Source: Cyanophyceae cyanobacterium
Lineage (GTDB): Bacteria; Cyanobacteriota; Cyanobacteriia; Cyanobacteriales; Laspinemataceae
Direction: 5' to 3'
DNA length: 56,838 nt
Assembly: GCA_038321985.1 (NCBI GenBank)
Contig: JBBQFN010000034.1
Coordinates: 1 to 56,838, forward strand
How positions within the stretch are numbered: the first letter of the stretch is position 1; every line of letters starts with the position of its first letter. The position numbers and the translations under genes were made by a program. The notes under the pieces were generated by a model. It saw only the letters and a list, made by a program, of their open reading frames with translations, was not told the origin of the DNA and did no database searches. Positions 50,540 through 56,838 of this stretch are shown here, in pieces.

Positions 50540-51091
50540 GTGGAAAAACTAACAACGGCATCTATGTCAGCGGAAGTGAGCATCGATGATGAAATTTATG
50601 CAACCCTGCTGTTCCGGGAAGTGCAACAATTCCGTCAGGGGTGGATTTGGTTCGTCTTGGTCTGTAGTTCTTTGGCTGCCCTCTATGCGGCTATGTTGCC
50701 ATTTTTTTTAGAACAATCTTGGGAAGAAAATACCACTTTAAATATTATTTTAATTGGGTTTGGGATAGTATTTGGAATATGTTTCCCGATTCTTTTTTAT
50801 AGTACCAAATTAGTCACTGAAGTTAGAACGAATGGATTATATATCAGCTTTTACCCTTTGTTATTTAAACGAGTGCAAATTCCCTTTGAAGCCGTGGTAA
50901 AATCGGAGGCCGTACACTATCATCCTTTGCGAGATTATGGGGGATGGGGGATTCGGTATGGCCCAGAGGGAAAAGCATTTAATGTGAGTGGCGATCGCGG
51001 CGTGTTGCTTGAGCTCAAGAATGGTGAAAAAATATTAATCGGGTCTCACCAACCCGAACAACTTGCCAGTCTGTTGAAATTAGCCCGATAA
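50540..51091 (+). CDS. Membrane protein with a PH-like domain (DUF6141-like)
   Basis: FREVQQF, two TM segments, YGGWGIRY and GDRGV.LEL..G..ILIGS..P; AGGAGG SD before the GTG. Confidence 0.65.
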   Translation: MEKLTTASMSAEVSIDDEIYATLLFREVQQFRQGWIWFVLVCSSLAALYAAMLPFFLEQSWEENTTLNIILIGFGIVFGICFPILFYSTKLVTEVRTNGLYISFYPLLFKRVQIPFEAVVKSEAVHYHPLRDYGGWGIRYGPEGKAFNVSGDRGVLLELKNGEKILIGSHQPEQLASLLKLAR

Positions 51092-51099
51092 TCTTTAAA

Positions 51100-51996
51100 T
51101 TGTTGATGAAATTTCTGGGAATTGACCTCGGATGGAGTTCGGGCGCGAGTGGGTTGTGTTGTCTGAATTGGGACAAAAATCAATTACAACTCACGGATTT
51201 AGACTGCAAATTGTCCAGGGAAGATATTTTGGATTGGGTGGATCAAAGACTCCCGGCACCAGAACCGGGAATGATTGCGGTGGATGCACCCACACTGATT
51301 CCCAATGCCACGGGGATGAGGCTGCCGGATAAGCAGACTCATCGCTATTTCGGGCGCTATCATGCCGGTTGTTATCCGGCCAATTTGAAAAGTCGATTTG
51401 CGAGTCATACGGTGGGGTTTGGGAAGAGTTTGGAGGCGCGGGGGTTTGCACACGCACCGGCAATGATTCCTCAACGGTGCGCTCGCTATCAAATTGAAGT
51501 GTTTCCTCATCCGGCGACCATTAATTTATTTGGGTTATCTCGAATTCTGAAATATAAGAAAGGAAAATTAGGCGATCGCTGTTTAGAATTAATCAAACTC
51601 CGGCAATATATTGTAGAAATTTTGCCTAGCTTAGAACCCAGTTTAAGTTTACAGTCTGACTTTTGGATTTTGAGTGAAAATCCGGATATTTTTATGGAAA
51701 AATTAACGGGGAAAAGTTCTAAAGTATTTAAAGCAATTGAAGACCAACTCGATGCAATTCTCTGTGCTTATATTGGTGCTCACTGGTGGTATTGGGGGTG
51801 CGATCGCAATTTAGTGTTAGGTGTCAGTACCGATCCGATCCCTGAGGCTTTGGCAAATGGCTATATTGTGATTCCAAATATTCCTTCCGTGACTCAAATA
51901 ACTGATGTAGGGGCAATCCATAAATCACCCCTACCCATCAATCATCAAATCCCTGAAATCTTTGAAATCAGAGGTTCTTATCCCCCAATCCCTTGA
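51100..51996 (+). CDS. DUF429 family (RNase H-like fold) protein
   Basis: FLGIDLGW, IAVDAP, IEVFPHPA and EDQLDAILCAY. Confidence 0.8.
   Translation: MLMKFLGIDLGWSSGASGLCCLNWDKNQLQLTDLDCKLSREDILDWVDQRLPAPEPGMIAVDAPTLIPNATGMRLPDKQTHRYFGRYHAGCYPANLKSRFASHTVGFGKSLEARGFAHAPAMIPQRCARYQIEVFPHPATINLFGLSRILKYKKGKLGDRCLELIKLRQYIVEILPSLEPSLSLQSDFWILSENPDIFMEKLTGKSSKVFKAIEDQLDAILCAYIGAHWWYWGCDRNLVLGVSTDPIPEALANGYIVIPNIPSVTQITDVGAIHKSPLPINHQIPEIFEIRGSYPPIP
51907..51934. repeat. Degenerate GTAGGGGC...CCCCTAC REP-type palindrome inside the 3' end of the DUF429 gene
   Basis: GTAGGGGCAATCCATAAATCACCCCTAC. Confidence 0.65.
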
Positions 51997-52024
51997 GACG
52001 GAGAAACATCACTCGATTCAAGGC

Positions 52025-54631
52025 TTAAGGATTGGCCCAAATCACTTGGAGACCCGGTTGGAAAGGACTGCTTAAATAGGGATGTTTGGGTAACACCCGC
52101 AGAGACAACCCTTGTAATCCCGAGGAACTGTAAGCAATATGAGCCGTATAGATACTTTTCTGGTTAGCATCAGTACCTTGGTAATCCATAACCACAGATA
52201 CGCCATTGATGATATTTCCATCAGCATCCATTGGTCCTTTGTAGAGTTGAACTTCTACATCAGAATCCGTCAAACCGGCTAGATCTAACAACGCTTTGAC
52301 GTTAATACTTTGGTTGACTTTGACATCATCGGCTTCAGAAATATCGATATCCAGAATTTTGATGTCATACCACCGTTCAAACAGATGGGTTTTCCAACGA
52401 GCAAGTTCTTTCGCCGGTTGACACCCCTGTTCGGTCATGGCAAAGTAGCGATCGCTGGCGGGGAAATAGGCCCGAGTTGCATATTCGCTGACCATGCGTG
52501 CTGTATTAAACAAAGGGCAATTCAAGCGAATGGCATCTTTCATTTTTGCCACCCATTTGCGGGGAATACCCTCTTCATCGCGCCGGTAGAACAGGGGAAT
52601 TACTTCTTTTTCCATCAAGTCATACAGTGCGTTCGCTTCCACTTCATCTTGATAGTTGGGGTCCTCATAAAATTCCCCATGCCCGATCGGCCACCCGGTA
52701 CGAACATAATCGGCTTCATCCCACCATCCATCCAGAATACTCAGGTTTAATAATCCATTCATGGATGCTTTCATGCCACTGGTTCCTGACGCTTCCCGAG
52801 GACGACGGGGGGTATTTAACCACACATCACAACCCGATACCATCATCCGCGCTACGTTGATATCGTAATCGGGGATAAACACGACATTTTTTTCACATCC
52901 TTGTTCACGAATGAAGTGGATGATATGACGGATCATTTCTTTGCCGGGGATGTCGTGGGGGTGAGCTTTTCCGGCGATGACAAATTGAACCATTGGTTTT
53001 CTGAGAGCGGTTCTACCCCCAGAAATTAGGTCGTTATTTAGTCCTAACAAAATCCGTTTGATGCGATCAAGATCCCGCAGGAACAATGTAGCCCGTTTAT
53101 AGGTAGCAAAGCGCCGCGCAAATCCAATTGTGAGAACCCCCGGATCGAGTACATCCCGCGCTGCATCAATTTCCGTAAATGAAGCCCCGCGAGCCCGTAA
53201 GTATTTTTGAAGTCGTTCTCGCACAAAAACAACCAGTTCCGCACGGCAGAGGTCCTGATTGCGCCACAGTTCGTCATCCGGGATGGCATCGACCCGTTCC
53301 CATAAGGGATTATCAGCCGGTGTGGTGGACCATTTGGGTCCCAGATAGCGATCGTAGAGTTCCTGCGTAAATTTTGCTACGCAACTGCGGGCGTGTACAC
53401 CATTGGTAATGGAGGTAATTGGCACTTCTGAAGGCGGCAGTTCGGGCCATAGATTGTTAAACAGGACCTTGGAGACTTCTCCATGTAGCTTGGCGACCCC
53501 ATTAATAAAACTTGCCATCTCGATCGCCAGGGTTGCCATACTAAAGGGCGAGTCTAAATCCCCTGTATTGTCCCGTCCCAAGGCTAGAAATTGTTCTCTT
53601 CTTAGGCCAAATTCATCAGCATAATGGCCCAAATAATGCATCACCTTATCATGGGGGAACAGGTCAAACCCCGCAGCAACCGGCGTATGTGTAGTGAAAA
53701 CATTGCTGGCAGCGACGACTTCTTTTGCTTCTTTGAAGGTGAGACCCTGTTCTTGGATTAATATCGAAATCCGTTCGAGGGCTAAAAAGGCGGAATGTCC
53801 CTCATTCATGTGGTAGGCGGTGGGTTCGTAGCCTAGGGCCTTGAGCATCCGGATTCCACCAATCCCTAACATCATCTCTTGGTGAATCCGCATATCGATA
53901 TCCCCACCATACAGTTTGTCGGTGATATCGTGATCATAGGGATTGTTCGGTTCAATGTTAGTATCGAGCATATACAGGGGAACGGTCCCCACTTGAACCC
54001 GCCAGACCCGAGCATATACTTTACGCCCGGGATAGTCTACGGCGATCCGTAATTCATTCCCGTCGGCGTCTCGCTCTAGGTGCAGGGGCATATTATAGAA
54101 GTCGTTGATCGGGTAACGCTCCTGTTGCCAGCCATCGGCGTTGAGATATTGGCTAAAATACCCTTCTTGGTACAGTAAGCCAACGCCCACGAGGGGTAAA
54201 CCGCGATCGCTGGCAGATTTCAGGTGATCCCCGGCTAATAATCCTAAGCCCCCCGAGTAAATGGGCAGACACTCGGTGAGACCGAATTCCGCCGAGAAAT
54301 ACACAAAACATTCTTTATGCTTGTCTTTTTCCCGGTGTTTACGATACCAGGTGCGCTCTTTGAGGTAGTCGTCAAGTTGTCGCGCTGCCCGGTCAATTTG
54401 GGCGATAAACCCTTCATCTTCTGCGACTTCTTCTAAACGTTCTTGGGAAATAGTTCCCAACATTAAAACAGGATTATGACGACTGGATTCCCACAGGTCC
54501 CGGTCTAGACGACGGAATAAGTCTTTAGACTCTACATTCCAGTCCCAGTGCAGATTGTAGGCTAACGTGCGTAGGGGTTCGAGTTTCGGAGGCAGGGAGG
54601 GAGAAACGTTAAAGGTGCGAATTGGTTGCAT
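52025..54631 (-). CDS. glgP: Alpha-glucan (glycogen) phosphorylase
   Basis: YFSAEFG, YSGGLG.LAGDHLKSASD, ARRFATYKR and EASGTSGMK (PLP Lys). Confidence 0.96.
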   Translation of the reverse strand: MQPIRTFNVSPSLPPKLEPLRTLAYNLHWDWNVESKDLFRRLDRDLWESSRHNPVLMLGTISQERLEEVAEDEGFIAQIDRAARQLDDYLKERTWYRKHREKDKHKECFVYFSAEFGLTECLPIYSGGLGLLAGDHLKSASDRGLPLVGVGLLYQEGYFSQYLNADGWQQERYPINDFYNMPLHLERDADGNELRIAVDYPGRKVYARVWRVQVGTVPLYMLDTNIEPNNPYDHDITDKLYGGDIDMRIHQEMMLGIGGIRMLKALGYEPTAYHMNEGHSAFLALERISILIQEQGLTFKEAKEVVAASNVFTTHTPVAAGFDLFPHDKVMHYLGHYADEFGLRREQFLALGRDNTGDLDSPFSMATLAIEMASFINGVAKLHGEVSKVLFNNLWPELPPSEVPITSITNGVHARSCVAKFTQELYDRYLGPKWSTTPADNPLWERVDAIPDDELWRNQDLCRAELVVFVRERLQKYLRARGASFTEIDAARDVLDPGVLTIGFARRFATYKRATLFLRDLDRIKRILLGLNNDLISGGRTALRKPMVQFVIAGKAHPHDIPGKEMIRHIIHFIREQGCEKNVVFIPDYDINVARMMVSGCDVWLNTPRRPREASGTSGMKASMNGLLNLSILDGWWDEADYVRTGWPIGHGEFYEDPNYQDEVEANALYDLMEKEVIPLFYRRDEEGIPRKWVAKMKDAIRLNCPLFNTARMVSEYATRAYFPASDRYFAMTEQGCQPAKELARWKTHLFERWYDIKILDIDISEADDVKVNQSINVKALLDLAGLTDSDVEVQLYKGPMDADGNIINGVSVVMDYQGTDANQKSIYTAHIAYSSSGLQGLSLRVLPKHPYLSSPFQPGLQVIWANP

Positions 54632-55118
54632 AAGCTACGGACAATTTTTTGAAGATGGACTAAGAAAGTTAACCCGGACAATAATAACTTTGGCATTCTT
54701 TTGTTTTCTATAGTCCATTTTGTCAGCACTGCGCCGAATTTCAATCTCTTTTAATATTTTTCTCAGGTTTTGAGTGAGTTTTCGGGGTAGCCAGGGTTCT
54801 GCCTTTTGGTGATCGCGTGGTACGATTCCCTCGCGATCGCTGGTGATGAAAGGAGAAGATTTTCAGGGAGATCGCCACAAATCTCTCGGAAATTTTACCT
54901 CAGAAAAATAAATTTTTGAGGCGCTTGTGCAGGGATTGGCGAGAAGCGACTGCAATTTTCCGGTAAAATAACAGAGAAATCTCCCAGATTGGCTTAACTG
55001 TGCCGGATGGCAAGGCTCCTGATGTGGAGAATGGCTCTCTAGGACAGTAACTACTGGGTCGCTTATGAGCTAATCAGACCGAATGGCTAAAAAGGCTACC
55101 AAGAAAGAACTTTATTTT

Positions 55119-55922
55119 ATGAAAAAACTAGGCGGGTCGATCTTAGTTGCGATCGCTGTCGGATTAGCTTTGGGTGCTGGATTGGCAGCCCTGGTCCGCG
55201 CCAGTTATAAAGCTAACGAACCCAGAATTATCGGGGTTGGGGTTCCCGCACCCGTTGCCACACCGGATTCTGACGGACAGCAGCTAGTTTTAGAAGATGA
55301 AGCCGGACCCGGTAGCGATTTCTATGAGTTTCGGGCCCAATTACGAGAGGAGGTCCGAAAACGCAATGCTGAATTTGTCGAGGCCCTCATCCCGGAAACG
55401 GGGCTGACGCTGGGATTTTCGGTTCCTCGAACTCGGGATAATTTGGATTTAGATGACCCGACGGCTCGATTTTGGTTGCTGCTAGAAAAAGCAATCGCGA
55501 TCGGCTGTGCTTTGGAGGAAAATCCTCCCCCGTATAATATTGATTCAGGGTCTCAAATTTGGGTTTGTTCAAATGTGGCTCAAGCCTTTGCACGACAGGT
55601 TCCGGCACCCGCTGGGGAAGAGGGAGTTTCCTGGCAAATTGATCGGGTGGTCGTGGTCGGTGATAATGTAAATGCCCGATCGCAACCGAGTTTAGAAAGT
55701 GAGGCGATCGCTACCTTAACTAACGCAGTGGTGCAGCTGGATCGCACTCGCCAACTCCCGGAGACTTTTGATCCGATCGACAGTTGGACGCCTATTCTCT
55801 TAAGTGACGATCGCGAAGGCTATGTTTACAATCGCTATGTGTACTCACCCCTAGAATATCGCGCTGTATTTGGCAAAATCAACGGCCAATGGCAGTTACT
55901 AGGGATGCCGGGGGGAGATTAA
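55119..55922 (+). CDS. Exported or membrane-anchored protein with an SH3b-like domain
   Basis: N-terminal hydrophobic helix and VNARSQPS...W..I..SDDREGYV. The start could also be ATG 55083. Confidence 0.6.
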   Translation: MKKLGGSILVAIAVGLALGAGLAALVRASYKANEPRIIGVGVPAPVATPDSDGQQLVLEDEAGPGSDFYEFRAQLREEVRKRNAEFVEALIPETGLTLGFSVPRTRDNLDLDDPTARFWLLLEKAIAIGCALEENPPPYNIDSGSQIWVCSNVAQAFARQVPAPAGEEGVSWQIDRVVVVGDNVNARSQPSLESEAIATLTNAVVQLDRTRQLPETFDPIDSWTPILLSDDREGYVYNRYVYSPLEYRAVFGKINGQWQLLGMPGGD

Positions 55923-55950
55923 CTCCCGTCTGTCCAAGGCATAGCGCGGT

Positions 55951-56340
55951 TTATCGAATGGTTTCGATGTTTTCTTCCCAGTTTTGGCCGTTAAAGGGAG
56001 TCACGGCAAATTGTCCGGCGACATCCCCATCTAGGCATCGCACATTTACATCAAAGCTATCGGGGTGCGATCGGGGTCTATAAAAGGCATGAATCCCACA
56101 ATTTTTACAAAATAGGTGTTTCGCGGCTCCCGTATTAAATGTATAAGTTTGTAGCATCTCTTCCCCCTGTAACAAGGTAAAGTGACTCGGGGGAACAATC
56201 AGATGTAAAAACCCTTTTTTCTGACAGATTGAACAATTGCAATCAATGGCTTCGTGGCGATCGACTATCACTTGAAATCGCACTGCACCACAATGACAGC
56301 CGCCTTGGTAAGTTGTCCCCGATTCTGGATTTTCAGTCAT
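55951..56340 (-). CDS. GFA/CENP-V family Zn-binding protein
   Basis: GGCHCGAVRF, CNCSIC and FCKNCG. Confidence 0.93.
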   Translation of the reverse strand: MTENPESGTTYQGGCHCGAVRFQVIVDRHEAIDCNCSICQKKGFLHLIVPPSHFTLLQGEEMLQTYTFNTGAAKHLFCKNCGIHAFYRPRSHPDSFDVNVRCLDGDVAGQFAVTPFNGQNWEENIETIR

Positions 56341-56383
56341 ATTAAGTCCCGATAAAAATAGCCCAAAAATTTATCTTTTCATC

Positions 56384-56838
56384 CTAAAATTTATCCTTGC
56401 GACCCCGTAGGCGCGCAAAAGTCTGCACCGGGTCCTCCCCATTCATCGCCTGTTGTAACACTGGATTTTCCCACCGCAAAAAGGGATTTGTGCGCTTTTC
56501 CACCCCCAAAATAGAAGGAATTGTTGCCTCATTGCGCGATCGCGTCGCCTTCACCTGCGCGAAACGTTCCTGCAAATCGGGGTTATCTGCATCCACCGTT
56601 AAGGCAAACTGGAGATTACCTAGGGTATATTCGTGAGCACACCAAACTCGCGTCTGATCCGGCAATTCCCGTAATTTACTCAGGGATGAGAGCATCTGAG
56701 CGGGGGTCCCCTCAAATAAGCGCCCGCAGCCCCCAGCAAACAGGGTATCGCCACAAAATAGGTCCCCAAGTTCCTCCCCAGTGGCAGGGGGAAAATAATA
56801 GGCAATGTGGGCCCGGGTATGTCCAGGAATAAAGAACA
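56384..56838 (-). CDS. gloB: Hydroxyacylglutathione hydrolase (glyoxalase II), 3' part (partial, runs off the right edge)
   Basis: [42 protein letters not shown] and FARLR..KD.F. Confidence 0.93.
   Translation of the reverse strand, partial: FFIPGHTRAHIAYYFPPATGEELGDLFCGDTLFAGGCGRLFEGTPAQMLSSLSKLRELPDQTRVWCAHEYTLGNLQFALTVDADNPDLQERFAQVKATRSRNEATIPSILGVEKRTNPFLRWENPVLQQAMNGEDPVQTFARLRGRKDKF

Larger units (their letters stand above)
1..56838. repeat. HIP1 octamer GCGATCGC highly iterated across the window
   Basis: Dozens of (G)GCGATCGC(C) copies in coding and intergenic DNA, a cyanobacterial hallmark. Confidence 0.95.

Overview
Chromosomal window from a filamentous cyanobacterium. The HIP1 octamer GCGATCGC is very dense, and psbD, SLH porins and ycf46 are present; an Oscillatoriales-like source is an inference. 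From left to right: the 3' end of a stand-alone psbD; a candidate structured RNA carrying a 23-aa ORF; pterin dehydratase; a GAF/HD-GYP protein; two tandem paralogous SLH porins; and an Rrf2 regulator. A minus-strand cell-surface cluster follows (DegT aminotransferase, cyanoexosortase B and its partner, a Wza with expanded SLBB repeats, Wzc, an unusual repeat-bearing beta-barrel protein and a Pro-rich secreted protein). Next come a divergent FHA-N/CHAT protein, a PAS histidine kinase, several housekeeping genes and msrA. A divergent, N-terminally truncated RecA paralogue is coupled to an unannotated 56-aa membrane protein. The rest holds the rpmH-rnpA-PH-yidC-jag-yceD-ycf46 operon, an orphan IS630-type HTH gene flanked by structured DNA, metF, trpS, glgP and the 3' part of gloB. 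The best leads are (1) the small membrane protein plus loop-diverged RecA paralogue, (2) a Yfr1-like sRNA candidate at about 47.3-47.44 kb whose seed is perfectly complementary to the 5' UTRs of both porins, (3) the repeat/beta-barrel protein plus Pro-rich protein next to the exosortase/EPS locus, and (4) the sORF-bearing structured RNA after psbD. All calls come from reading motifs by eye; no database searches were run.
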